Position numbers and translations under genes: made by a program
From: a virus
Taxonomy: Duplodnaviria > Caudoviricetes
IMG/VR virus record: IMGVR_UViG_3300023174_000192
Location: 1-58,288 of that record
Length of the DNA: 58,288 bases
Direction: 5' to 3' (one strand)
Notes under the pieces: model-generated
Told to the model about the DNA's origin: nothing
What the model saw: only the letters and a program-made list of their open reading frames with translations
The model's database searches: none
Shown here: positions 18,128-27,152 of the stretch, piece after piece
How positions within the stretch are numbered: the first letter of the stretch is position 1
How the letters are laid out: each line of letters opens with the position of its first letter

Positions 18128-18416
18128 TACCGATCATCTCCGCTTCTACAAGTAGCAGATATCTACGTAGATCGCGTATATCATCAATGATGCCTGTGCT
18201 GCTAGGGTCGTCAGCAATAGTTGCAAAAACATCGTATTTCATTTTCCCAACCTGATTTTCTATGCGGTCCCATTTACGGGCAAGCATCATAAAAGCCCCT
18301 ACTCCGCCGCGACGTTTCCAGCTATTGCCATAGCTTTCTTGTGCGTGGCAGAGCTTAACGAAGTCTTCATTGGCTAAGTTCTGCACAATATTCAAATTAT
18401 GTGTAGGTTCTGTCAT
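18090..18416 (-). CDS. Nmad1/DUF1599-like all-alpha NTP pyrophosphatase
   Basis: YG.SW...G.......RK..R and D...DL..Y.LL motifs; location inside a modification cluster. Confidence 0.7.
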   Translation of the reverse strand: MTEPTHNLNIVQNLANEDFVKLCHAQESYGNSWKRRGGVGAFMMLARKWDRIENQVGKMKYDVFATIADDPSSTGIIDDIRDLRRYLLLVEAEMIGNGIVEQDNASGL

Positions 18417-19387
18417 TTTAGCCTCCGCTGCATCCATTCTACACATGCCTTACGCCAATCGAGAGATGTGATTGTTTCAGCTATGCGAATACCGTCTAGC
18501 TTGTCTCCGTTTTTCCAAACCCTGTATGCTCTACGCATGGGTCCGGCCACGCCATTGAAAAATGAATTGGAGTACAGTTCATCTTCAAAGTCTAAGAAAA
18601 AACAGCTAAGGTCAAACATAAACATTTGGGGGTCCGTAACCAGTGGTTCAGGCTTGTAGTGCCCCCCATTTTCGCCGAGATGTAGGTATGGGTCGTAATC
18701 TGGCGAGATGTTTTCTACCTTCTTAAGCGTTTCCACATAAGCATGGAAACTGTCGCTCATCTGATGGTAGTAACCGACACTAACTCCGATCATAGCTGCA
18801 ATGTATTCTTGCAGCATAGACATGTGCACAGCATTGGCTCCGTATGCCCCCCACACCATATCATTGCTGCGACAGCACACTGTCATATCCAACCTGCCTT
18901 CCCGCACTTTAAAGTAGATATGGGTATTGCACGGGATATCTTTGTAGTCGTTATCTGACCGCAGATCATGGACAGGATCCCACATAGCAAGGACCGTTCG
19001 CCTGTCATTGGGGTAGTTTTTCAACCTGTAGATAACATTAACAAGCTGGTCTTTATCAAACCAGTTACGCCATCTTGCGCCATAAGCACCGTGGAAGCTG
19101 TGCCCATTAGTAGAATATTCTTTCATACGCTTATTGTAGTAGCTAATCCACTCTACATCGTCACGACCAGCCAACATCCAAAGCCCTTCTAGGCAATGGA
19201 AAAACGGGTTAGCATCGCGTTCAGGGTAAAACAAAACGCGCTCACACGGATTTGTGTAAGTAGTGATAACAGGGCCAATCATTTCATGAACTGCCCCTGC
19301 ACGGCTTTCAGCCAAAGGAGCAGTTTTTATCATTTGTACGCCTAAGTAGAGTGCCTCAGAGACGTTTCTAGCCTGTATTGTAAACAT
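18413..19387 (-). CDS. Thymidylate synthase-family enzyme, probable dUMP hydroxymethylase
   Basis: YG.R, DQL, RR, DIPCN catalytic Cys, RSND.VWGAYGAN (Asn = uracil specificity), S.H.Y; divergent from canonical ThyA LPPCH/RS.D..LG.PFN. Confidence 0.85.
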   Translation of the reverse strand: MFTIQARNVSEALYLGVQMIKTAPLAESRAGAVHEMIGPVITTYTNPCERVLFYPERDANPFFHCLEGLWMLAGRDDVEWISYYNKRMKEYSTNGHSFHGAYGARWRNWFDKDQLVNVIYRLKNYPNDRRTVLAMWDPVHDLRSDNDYKDIPCNTHIYFKVREGRLDMTVCCRSNDMVWGAYGANAVHMSMLQEYIAAMIGVSVGYYHQMSDSFHAYVETLKKVENISPDYDPYLHLGENGGHYKPEPLVTDPQMFMFDLSCFFLDFEDELYSNSFFNGVAGPMRRAYRVWKNGDKLDGIRIAETITSLDWRKACVEWMQRRLK

Positions 19388-19394
19388 AACCCAC

Positions 19395-20363
19395 CTATAT
19401 GCTTTTAAAGAACTCGCGGTATTGCTCGCCTATTACAACGTAGTTGTGCAGATTAACTAGGGAAGTAAGCCCGTTAGCACGTATGTCGCGCAAGCCTTCT
19501 TCGCTAGGGATACTGTTAAGGATGTCGGCTAGTTCCTCAGCATTTTCTACTGCCAAGCAATTTACAAACGGGACCATATCGTCGTTGGGCCGTATCCAGC
19601 TTTTATGAATAATGTTCACACATTCAGCATCAAATGCCTCAAGGAAAGTGTACTGACTACCCCCGCCATCACCCTTAATTTGGCTCATATCTACATTGTA
19701 GTGAGACTGAAACAGTAATTCAAGGGCCGCTGTTTTTGTGCGGGGATACGCAGCTTTTGATTGAACCCATTCTGGATAATTGGGAATAATCTTAAACCGA
19801 GTATAGATACGGTTTTCAAAACCACGGATCTGTATTTTAAAGTCGTCTGGCAACAGCCTGTTTGCATCCAACAGGATATCGGTGTGCTTATCAAAATCAA
19901 TACGGCTGACGCTTATTGCATGGGTGCGTTTATCGTTAATTTCGTACACACCCCTCATCATATAGGGGTGACGGATAAAGGTAGCTTGTGGGATTGTTTC
20001 AAGCCCCACCTTACGAATAACAATGACCCGACCATCCAAAGCAGGAAGATTCTTGAGTTCCGTAGGATCATGAACAACTAATCCAGCCCCACCTTCTTTA
20101 TATAGGGTTGAACTTTCTTCTTGGAAGGTTTTTGCCGCCGCTACAATCAGTTTCTTATTAGTGCGGGATAAGGCTTCAGCCATACTAATATTACGATAAC
20201 GCTTACCGTAACCGAAATCACGGGTAGTTTTTTCAGAACGCGAACGAATTTTAAATAATTCGACTTCAACTTCTGATTCTTGCAGAACATCAATAAGATG
20301 TGATGTGTAGGTGACCCAACCCCCATAAGGATTAGGGCTAAGATAAAATAGGTCAACTTTCAT
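19395..20363 (-). CDS. GT-B fold glycosyltransferase (putative DNA glycosyltransferase)
   Basis: N-terminal YGGW.TY..HL, HD, SRIDFDKH (cf. GR....K) and GGGSQYTFLEA (cf. E.FG...LEA) of GT4-like enzymes. Confidence 0.75.
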   Translation of the reverse strand: MKVDLFYLSPNPYGGWVTYTSHLIDVLQESEVEVELFKIRSRSEKTTRDFGYGKRYRNISMAEALSRTNKKLIVAAAKTFQEESSTLYKEGGAGLVVHDPTELKNLPALDGRVIVIRKVGLETIPQATFIRHPYMMRGVYEINDKRTHAISVSRIDFDKHTDILLDANRLLPDDFKIQIRGFENRIYTRFKIIPNYPEWVQSKAAYPRTKTAALELLFQSHYNVDMSQIKGDGGGSQYTFLEAFDAECVNIIHKSWIRPNDDMVPFVNCLAVENAEELADILNSIPSEEGLRDIRANGLTSLVNLHNYVVIGEQYREFFKSI

Positions 20364-20376
20364 AGCATACCCTTTC

Positions 20377-21240
20377 TTAGGCTGATGCTTTGTATAAACT
20401 ACGGGGAGTTCCTTGGCCTAGCTTAACACGCATATATTTATCCCACTCGCACAAGCTGTGTTCAATCGTACGCATATCAACTTCATTCATCGGGACATGT
20501 GGCTCTAGGTATTCACTGCTGCATTGCAACAATTCATACATTTCTGTATTCCAGTCGCGCTTGCTAGGGGTATCTGTTAGCATACGACCATGAATACGAT
20601 TCAGCCCACGCTTTGCTCCGGGACCAGCATTAGCCCATGTCATCCTATCGTGTGCCAATGGCATGATCGTGTGGTTTAGATCTGTAACCACTTCATAAGC
20701 CATAAAGCCTCCGCCACCCCAGCCTACAAACAGACCGAGATGGTTGTGTATTTGCTGGAGGGAGTTGCTGCCCAACCCTGTTTCAGTGATTTGTTTACGA
20801 TCATTCCAAACAGGAGTGAGAAAGTAGTCTACAACCACCTGCTCTTTAGGCAAACTAAGCCCCTGATTAGTGATTATGTAGGCTCCTGTAAACACTTTTT
20901 GCTTTTTATCTAGCATAGACCTAGCAAGCTGCTTAGTGCTTTCAGGATCCCACTCTGTTACCCAGTCATGGGCCGCTGCAAATTCCATCGTACCGAACAT
21001 GCGGAAAAAGCAGCAGTTGAAAAATATTTCTTCAGGAGGCCTGTTGTGATGCGGACCCGTAAACTTCTTACGCATCCACACCGTTGTTTTATCTAACTCA
21101 CGGAAAGCATTCGTAAACTTATACGTTTGCAAGATAGTATCCGTGGTCCAAGGCTGCGGTTCCCCCGCAGCCTTTTTGAGGTAGATACGATGCCGCTCAT
21201 TGATCCAATAGAAAAACAATTCTACGTTTTCTTTGATCAT
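20377..21240 (-). CDS. 5-hmdU DNA kinase helical domain (aGPT-PPlase clade 1) protein
   Basis: F..WI.ER..I......PWT.D.IL..Y.FTN..R..D..T, F.GAY.I, G.FMAYE...DL, GPGA.RGL, EH.LCE.DKY motifs. Confidence 0.85.
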   Translation of the reverse strand: MIKENVELFFYWINERHRIYLKKAAGEPQPWTTDTILQTYKFTNAFRELDKTTVWMRKKFTGPHHNRPPEEIFFNCCFFRMFGTMEFAAAHDWVTEWDPESTKQLARSMLDKKQKVFTGAYIITNQGLSLPKEQVVVDYFLTPVWNDRKQITETGLGSNSLQQIHNHLGLFVGWGGGGFMAYEVVTDLNHTIMPLAHDRMTWANAGPGAKRGLNRIHGRMLTDTPSKRDWNTEMYELLQCSSEYLEPHVPMNEVDMRTIEHSLCEWDKYMRVKLGQGTPRSLYKASA

Positions 21241-21244
21241 AGCA

Positions 21245-21829
21245 TTAATTACCGAGTGCGATCATTTTCTGGTTAACCGCCCAACGGATAAACGTAATCG
21301 CTGTTTTACGATCACTACCGCTTTCAATGTAAGCATCTACTGCTTCACCTACAGTTTTGCTCGCATAGATCATTTCAAGGTTTTTCTTGCGGACGCTGTT
21401 GTCGCGACCGGAGATCTTTTCTACCAAGATTGTAATGGTATCTTTATCATTAGACTTAGGAGCAGGGGCCGCTTTAGGGGCTTTTTCAACTTTCGGGGTA
21501 TTTTCAACGGCGACAGCTTCGTTCATAACAGTTTCCCTTTTCTGGTGGGTGATAGCTTCTTTCCGCACATAGTCGTGCAGTTTAGAAGCGGATACTTTCT
21601 TGTTTGGAAACCCTCTTTTAAAAGACCAAAGGGGGTCACTAACAGAAAGATTCATGCTACGCCAGATGGCGTCAAGTTCTTCTTTAGAATAGTTTTCTTC
21701 TAACTGCCCTAACTCTTTGTAAACAATGCTTGAATCGTTCACGATTTTAGCTTCATGGGCCTGTTTTAAGGAAGAAAACTGATAAAACTCGTAAGGAGCT
21801 TTATCACCTTCGCAGATTATAAAGTACAT
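21245..21829 (-). CDS. Hypothetical protein within the modification cluster
   Basis: ATG 21829 with AGAAAGGAG RBS; two domains joined by a KAPKAAPAPK linker. Confidence 0.65.
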   Translation of the reverse strand: MYFIICEGDKAPYEFYQFSSLKQAHEAKIVNDSSIVYKELGQLEENYSKEELDAIWRSMNLSVSDPLWSFKRGFPNKKVSASKLHDYVRKEAITHQKRETVMNEAVAVENTPKVEKAPKAAPAPKSNDKDTITILVEKISGRDNSVRKKNLEMIYASKTVGEAVDAYIESGSDRKTAITFIRWAVNQKMIALGN

Positions 21830-21876
21830 ATTCTGTCTCCTTTCTACGACAGTTACCATACCAAGGTAAGGGGTGA

Positions 21877-22554
21877 TTATTGCACTGACAACTGCTTTTT
21901 TCTCCACCCGCCGATTGTATGCCACAATTTTTCGTTGCGCTTTGGTTCCTTCACAGTTTCCCAATTCGCGAACATTGCAGTGATCTTTAATGCTTGGTGA
22001 TACCACTTAGGGCTGGTCCCCGCAGGACAGTTGTAGTGCAGTTCCATGACGACTTGCTCGACACTTTCTGGCATACGGGTTACAAAAAAGTCGTATTCTG
22101 CACCTTCGCAATCACACTTAATGCACTGCGGTTTGACTTTATCGAGAACCTTGGAATACTGATGGGCTTTTACAGTGATTTTTTCACGACCACGGTAAGA
22201 AAACATAGAGTAGCTCCCGTGATTCGTACCCGTAGTGAGGTAAAAGTCAATGGTTGTATTTTCACCACGGATAATTGCCCCATTGAAGATCTTAGCCCGT
22301 GGGTCATCGCCCACATTCTTTTGCAGAAGGGCGAAGTTTTCTGGTTCAGGCTCAAAGGCCCAAACTTCTTTCGCGCCATTTTTCAAAGCATAAGAGGTAT
22401 ATGCTCCAAAGTTAGCACCGATATCCAGTACCACTTTGTCTTTAACATCCATCCAGCCGTAGCTACGGGCTACTTCTTTGATGATTTCAGTATCGAACGA
22501 GTTTTTCCTAATGGTCAAGCCACTAGGATGAACAACGAGTTCTTTTTCCACCAA
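21877..22554 (-). CDS. FkbM-family SAM-dependent methyltransferase
   Basis: VLDIGANFG, AFEPEPENF..L..N, IKCDCEGAEY, MELH. Confidence 0.9.
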   Translation of the reverse strand: MVEKELVVHPSGLTIRKNSFDTEIIKEVARSYGWMDVKDKVVLDIGANFGAYTSYALKNGAKEVWAFEPEPENFALLQKNVGDDPRAKIFNGAIIRGENTTIDFYLTTGTNHGSYSMFSYRGREKITVKAHQYSKVLDKVKPQCIKCDCEGAEYDFFVTRMPESVEQVVMELHYNCPAGTSPKWYHQALKITAMFANWETVKEPKRNEKLWHTIGGWRKKQLSVQ

Positions 22555-22619
22555 GCACCCTCTTTCTTAAAGTGTACGGGGACCATTTTGCACATGATCC
22601 CCGTTAAGACAAGCCCTAG

Positions 22620-23651
22620 TTAGGCGGCTTCTGCGTACTGCAGAGCTTTTTCCATTGCCTTGCGTTTCAGGTTCGCACCAGAGCCGAACCATGCGCTATA
22701 CAATGCGCTGCCTTCTGTACTAGACCGTGTGGGGTGGTCCACAACGTACGTGACAGCGTTTAGTGCACCCCACCACGTTCCTTTGGCAGAAGCCATCGTG
22801 CTTCCTGGAGAGGACTCGTAGGCTTCGGCCACCGCCAAGGCATTGCGCTTGAACTCATCGCGCAGGGGTGGCATATCGTTAGCTGCAACTGCCTTCGCCC
22901 GTTCAATAAGGGTCTGGGGCTGCAACAATTCGGCAATGAAGTTATCCACATCAAAGGTGTTTGCCCTTTTGTTGGACAGGAAGGTGCTTGCTTCCTTGAA
23001 CTTGTCCATTTGCCCTTGGCTCAGTCCCAGTGCTTCTTCGGCGGAATTAATAATGTCTTGGTCAAACATTTGTACATGCAAGACTCGGAACTTATTAGCC
23101 GCCTTGTCGTTCAAAGCAAGGGTGAGAGTATTATTGCAAACCACACGGATGGGGGTCAACATAGCTACCATTGACTTACCTACCTGATGGCTATTGTTCA
23201 ACAGCATGTAGACGTTGATTTCATCGCCACCCGCAAGCTCAAAACCAGTTTTCAACTTAGCCAATGCCCAAATTTCTTTACCGCCTTTCAGGCTACCAGC
23301 AGTTTCCATATTCATGGAACCCGCATCGGTGAACCGTTTAAAAAACGACATAATTTCAGCATTTTGGAAAGGTGTGTATCCAGTTCCACAATGGCTCAAT
23401 ACAGTGTTATCGCTATCACGCACTGTAAAGAAGCTGTCTTCTACCAACTGCATTTCGCTAGTAGCCTGCGGATTAAACAGGTTAGGAACGAAAGTATTTT
23501 TTGCAACGTACGCCGGACGCTTGCTAACGGTCCAGTCGAGACCAGCCGCTACAAGCATTTCATCGGGAGACATAGTGCTGTCAACCTTAGTGCCGAGGCC
23601 GTGCCAAGGAACTTCACCAGCGTATGCCATTGTTTCAATCAAATGTGCCAT
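22620..23651 (-). CDS. DUF932 family protein (TIGR03299-like)
   Basis: MAH...PWHGLG, AGLDW.V, ETAGSL.GG, TPIRVVCNNTL, GT.WG..NAVT...DH. Confidence 0.9.
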   Translation of the reverse strand: MAHLIETMAYAGEVPWHGLGTKVDSTMSPDEMLVAAGLDWTVSKRPAYVAKNTFVPNLFNPQATSEMQLVEDSFFTVRDSDNTVLSHCGTGYTPFQNAEIMSFFKRFTDAGSMNMETAGSLKGGKEIWALAKLKTGFELAGGDEINVYMLLNNSHQVGKSMVAMLTPIRVVCNNTLTLALNDKAANKFRVLHVQMFDQDIINSAEEALGLSQGQMDKFKEASTFLSNKRANTFDVDNFIAELLQPQTLIERAKAVAANDMPPLRDEFKRNALAVAEAYESSPGSTMASAKGTWWGALNAVTYVVDHPTRSSTEGSALYSAWFGSGANLKRKAMEKALQYAEAA

Positions 23652-23680
23652 GATCTTTCTCCTTCTATGGCGGGTTATTT

Positions 23681-23968
23681 TCAGTGGATAGTGGTAGGTA
23701 TTTCACAAACTAAGGATGGAAGTTTTTGCAGGTATTCCCACGTAACATCCAACCAGCCTTCATCACCTTGTGCGTTAAAAACAATTTTCAAACGCGCATG
23801 GGTATCGTGTTCATACACATCGGCTATAGGGTATTTAACCCCTGCTTCCAGTGCAGATTCTAGTGTGCTTGGTGCGAAACAACGGTTGAAACCTTTTGCA
23901 ATAGCTTCATCGTTGGCTTGCAACATGCTTTCTTTGGTAAAGTACGGGACGCTAACTTCCTGCAACAC
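23681..23968 (-). CDS. Hypothetical protein
   Basis: GGAGG RBS and upstream promoter. Confidence 0.65.
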   Translation of the reverse strand: MLQEVSVPYFTKESMLQANDEAIAKGFNRCFAPSTLESALEAGVKYPIADVYEHDTHARLKIVFNAQGDEGWLDVTWEYLQKLPSLVCEIPTTIH

Positions 23969-23993
23969 AAGACCTCCTAAACAACTTACAACC

Positions 23994-24036
23994 TATTAAG
24001 CCACTGGATATTGTTGTTGACTACAACTATTTTATC
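23994..24036 (-). promoter_or_regulatory. Phage early/middle promoter (GAYAAAAT class, variant -35)
   Basis: GATAAAATAGTTG-TAGTCA...CTTAAT. Confidence 0.45.
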
Positions 24037-25564
24037 AATGGGGTATCAAATAACCTCGGGTACGCATTGGGTGCACTAGATGCAGCCCATACTTAGCCCG
24101 AGTTAATCCTACGTAAAACACCCGTGTTTCATCTTCATCTGATGTTCCTGTTTTACGCCACATGCTTTGAGTACTACCGCTAGAATCAGTGGTCAGTAGT
24201 ACATTTTCCGCCTCACGCCCTTTAGAAGCATGGATAGTGGAAATCGTTATACGGGGCTTTGTATCCAGCGTCTGGCCTTTTTTCATACAGGCTACAAGAT
24301 ACCTACGGTCCCTGTCTGTAATGCGACCTAATCCATCTTCCCAAGAGAGGGTGTGCATCAACCCGTGGTGTTCCATCAGGTCTTCAATACCTAAATACGA
24401 TTCCTCACGTACATTGGGGAGGGTCTTATACCCGTATTGAACCTGCGTATTTAGCAGCATGTATTTATATACGGTACGAATATCTACAGGCCGTGCTTTT
24501 TCGCCATTACGGAGAGCTTCCCAAATACGTACTGCGTGTAGCACATCACTGTCTATCGAACGGCTTGCGTTATGCGTGTAGAGCAACCCTCGTTGCCTGA
24601 CTTCTTCCTCTAGTTTAGCCGCGCCTTTCCTAGTGCGACTAAGCAGCAGCCACTCTCCCTTTTCTAAATTCACTTCTTCACTATGGCGATGCCACTGAAC
24701 TTCGCCATTTTCTAGGCGGGGCTTAAACAGTTTTTGTCTGCGCTTAGGTATTCTTTCTACAACCTTTTGGCTAACGAGATGATGGCTTATGGGCATCCTG
24801 TAACTTTGCCCTAGAACTTCTGTATTGCCCTCAAGATTAATGAACTGTTCAATATCTGCACCAGCCCATCTGTAAATAGCTTGGTCATCGTCGCCTGCTA
24901 CGTAGGCGTGGTCTGCCTTGGCTATAATTTTACGGACCATTAACCACTGTAAGGCTGAAAGATCTTGGGCTTCATCAATGAATACGACTTCTAATTTCGG
25001 GGATAAATCTCTTGTGACAAATTCGCTGATAAGGTCTGTGTAATCAAATAAGTTTAGGTTATCTTTGTAATGCTGTAATCCTCGATTTACGTAGTCTACC
25101 CTTTGCCAGTCTGTTTTGAGCGGTACGGTGGAATAATTGTAAATTTCACGTAGCGGCTTACACATGATCCTAGACATATTTATTAATTCTAAAAATTTAT
25201 CCCCGTAACCAAAATCCAACTGCAATACGTTTTCTGAGTGCAGCATCCCTTCAGAGGTGCTTACAAATCCACCGACCTTTAGCCAGCTCGCCACTTCGCC
25301 ATAATGGTCAGAGGTCATTACCTGTTGGCGCGTAATCCCGATTTGACCATACGCTAGGCTATGCAATGTTTTGAAATACGGTAACTCTTTCTCGCTAATA
25401 CGAAACTTGTACATCGCCCGCATCATCGCTTCGTTTGCTGCCGCTCGCGTAAAAGCGAAGTAACCTATTTTATCTGGGGCTACTCCGCTTTCCATGTAGT
25501 GTTCAACAAGGGATAAAAGCCTCGTTGTTTTCCCTGTTCCCGGAGGACCAAGGATAATATTCAT
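24035..25564 (-). CDS. UvrD/Rep-like SF1 helicase
   Basis: GPPGTGKT, IDEAQD, GDDDQAIY.WAGA, QSYR, STIHASKG.E, YVGLTRAK. Confidence 0.93.
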   Translation of the reverse strand: MNIILGPPGTGKTTRLLSLVEHYMESGVAPDKIGYFAFTRAAANEAMMRAMYKFRISEKELPYFKTLHSLAYGQIGITRQQVMTSDHYGEVASWLKVGGFVSTSEGMLHSENVLQLDFGYGDKFLELINMSRIMCKPLREIYNYSTVPLKTDWQRVDYVNRGLQHYKDNLNLFDYTDLISEFVTRDLSPKLEVVFIDEAQDLSALQWLMVRKIIAKADHAYVAGDDDQAIYRWAGADIEQFINLEGNTEVLGQSYRMPISHHLVSQKVVERIPKRRQKLFKPRLENGEVQWHRHSEEVNLEKGEWLLLSRTRKGAAKLEEEVRQRGLLYTHNASRSIDSDVLHAVRIWEALRNGEKARPVDIRTVYKYMLLNTQVQYGYKTLPNVREESYLGIEDLMEHHGLMHTLSWEDGLGRITDRDRRYLVACMKKGQTLDTKPRITISTIHASKGREAENVLLTTDSSGSTQSMWRKTGTSDEDETRVFYVGLTRAKYGLHLVHPMRTRGYLIPH

Positions 25565-25565
25565 A

Positions 25566-27095
25566 TCACAACACATCTTTCCCCCGCTTTAGCTCAGGTA
25601 AATCAATTTGTTCTTCTGGCTGCAATGGTCCTGTAAAGTATTCCTGTGGCAAGCTCCAAACATGGATCCCCTTACCTTTGATGCGCCAAAACATTTTTTC
25701 AGCACTAAGGTCGGTTAGCCGTAGCGTGACACGATTTGAAGTGTAGTGGTTAAAGTTATTCACAGACAAATGTTTTTTAATGTCTTTGATCTGAAAATAA
25801 ACTTTTCCCTCTAGCCATACTGCAATCCCCTGCAAAATATCGTCACGTGTTTCACCACGTGCCCTATCACAGCAGAAAGAAAACAACAGGTCTTCAAACT
25901 CACCCTTATGCGTAGCGTCTGGCGGCACTTCCACAATAGTGACATTATCCAGCAACATCTGCATACGTGTTTGCCATGCCCGACCATTAACCGTGATAGG
26001 AAACTTATTGATTTGAGACACACACTCCCTTTGGAACTGAGACTGCGTAACCAAAGCCTCCGTGCTTAACTCTACACGCTTACTGTCTACAGTAAGGATC
26101 CAGATGGGTGGGTCGCCATCAATTTTGGTTAAGCTGGAAAGGTCATTGTTCGTTTGTCCAGGACCAACCCCAAACTTACGTGTCAAGCACATACTTTTGT
26201 TGCAGAAACTAGCAATAGGTTGATCTTCACACTTGTAGAAATAATCTTTTTTCTGCAACTGCTTTATGATGGTTCCTACTTCTGCATGGCCCAATGGCGG
26301 CTTGAGGTACTCCAGATTGTATTTAGCAATGAGCTGTTCCCAGTTATCGGGATCGGAAAGCCGAGCATACACCCCTAAACTAAAAAGGGAGTTGTTACGA
26401 CTGCCTTCACCAAAACCCTGAGCACATAGCTGTTGCAAGCATGGCGGACCGTCTGGCAGCAGTTCTTGTGCCTTGGAGGGGGCTATCTTAGTGGCTAGGA
26501 ACTTAGCGGGGTCTGATACCCGTTTGGTAGCAAAAGCTATGAATTCTTCAACCCCTAGCGAATTGCCTTCCAAATCAAACCCGTAGCGTGTAGTCCTGTC
26601 TCCAGCGAAATAAGGCATATTCAAGAAATTGCCTGTATCACCACGATCTACAAGCAGGTGTGTTTGTTTTGGAAACACTTCGCAACCAGCGGACCCAAGA
26701 GCAGCGGCAATTTCTGTCAGCTTTGGTTGAAGGTCCTCGGCAGGTATTTCTTTCTTAAAGAAAAAGAAAATATGCGCCCCGCCACTCTTACTACGGCAAA
26801 CCACTGCGGGGAGATTATACTTTTCTAGGCGTTTGGTATAATCCGCATGATTGATATTATACTCATCTATATCAATAGCACCCCAATGGCATGAGTTATT
26901 ATCTTTGATAGGGATAATGCCCAGCCCAACTTCACCATCTAAATGCTTTTGCCAATGTTCAATGGTGGTTTGTTCACGCAGAACTCTTGCAGCACCTTTT
27001 TTCTTGCCTTCTGCGTCTGAATTAGAAACTTGGAATGTACCATGTGCACGGTCATTGCCTGCGAAAAGTTCAAATAACTTTTGAGCATTCTTCAT
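25566..27095 (-). CDS. Archaeo-eukaryotic primase (AEP) with PriCT-like domain
   Basis: W..HL.G..GLG, AIDID, RSKSGGAH, GN..N.PY, PPCL, EGSRNN.LF; start at ATG 27095. Confidence 0.85.
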   Translation of the reverse strand: MKNAQKLFELFAGNDRAHGTFQVSNSDAEGKKKGAARVLREQTTIEHWQKHLDGEVGLGIIPIKDNNSCHWGAIDIDEYNINHADYTKRLEKYNLPAVVCRSKSGGAHIFFFFKKEIPAEDLQPKLTEIAAALGSAGCEVFPKQTHLLVDRGDTGNFLNMPYFAGDRTTRYGFDLEGNSLGVEEFIAFATKRVSDPAKFLATKIAPSKAQELLPDGPPCLQQLCAQGFGEGSRNNSLFSLGVYARLSDPDNWEQLIAKYNLEYLKPPLGHAEVGTIIKQLQKKDYFYKCEDQPIASFCNKSMCLTRKFGVGPGQTNNDLSSLTKIDGDPPIWILTVDSKRVELSTEALVTQSQFQRECVSQINKFPITVNGRAWQTRMQMLLDNVTIVEVPPDATHKGEFEDLLFSFCCDRARGETRDDILQGIAVWLEGKVYFQIKDIKKHLSVNNFNHYTSNRVTLRLTDLSAEKMFWRIKGKGIHVWSLPQEYFTGPLQPEEQIDLPELKRGKDVL

Positions 27096-27106
27096 AACTA
27101 CCCCAT

Positions 27107-27137
27107 AAAACAAAAGGGGACGGCACAATGCCGCCCC
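27107..27137 (-). terminator. Rho-independent terminator between SSB and primase
   Basis: GGGGCGGCA-TTG-TGCCGTCCCC followed by TTTTGTTTT. Confidence 0.7.
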
Positions 27138-27152
27138 CTACTTCCTCACTTA

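Noticed and set aside
18413-20363. T4-like glucosyl-hmC system or ordinary ThyA
   Set aside because: The specificity residue is Asn (GAYGAN) rather than Asp, and motifs and neighbours differ from canonical ThyA. Disfavoured, not biochemically excluded.
23187-23999. Long plus-strand ORFs (e.g. 4792-5394, 21994-22623, 23187-23999, 34997-35734, 44761-45372)
   Set aside because: Antisense to well-supported minus-strand genes, with no recognisable motifs.
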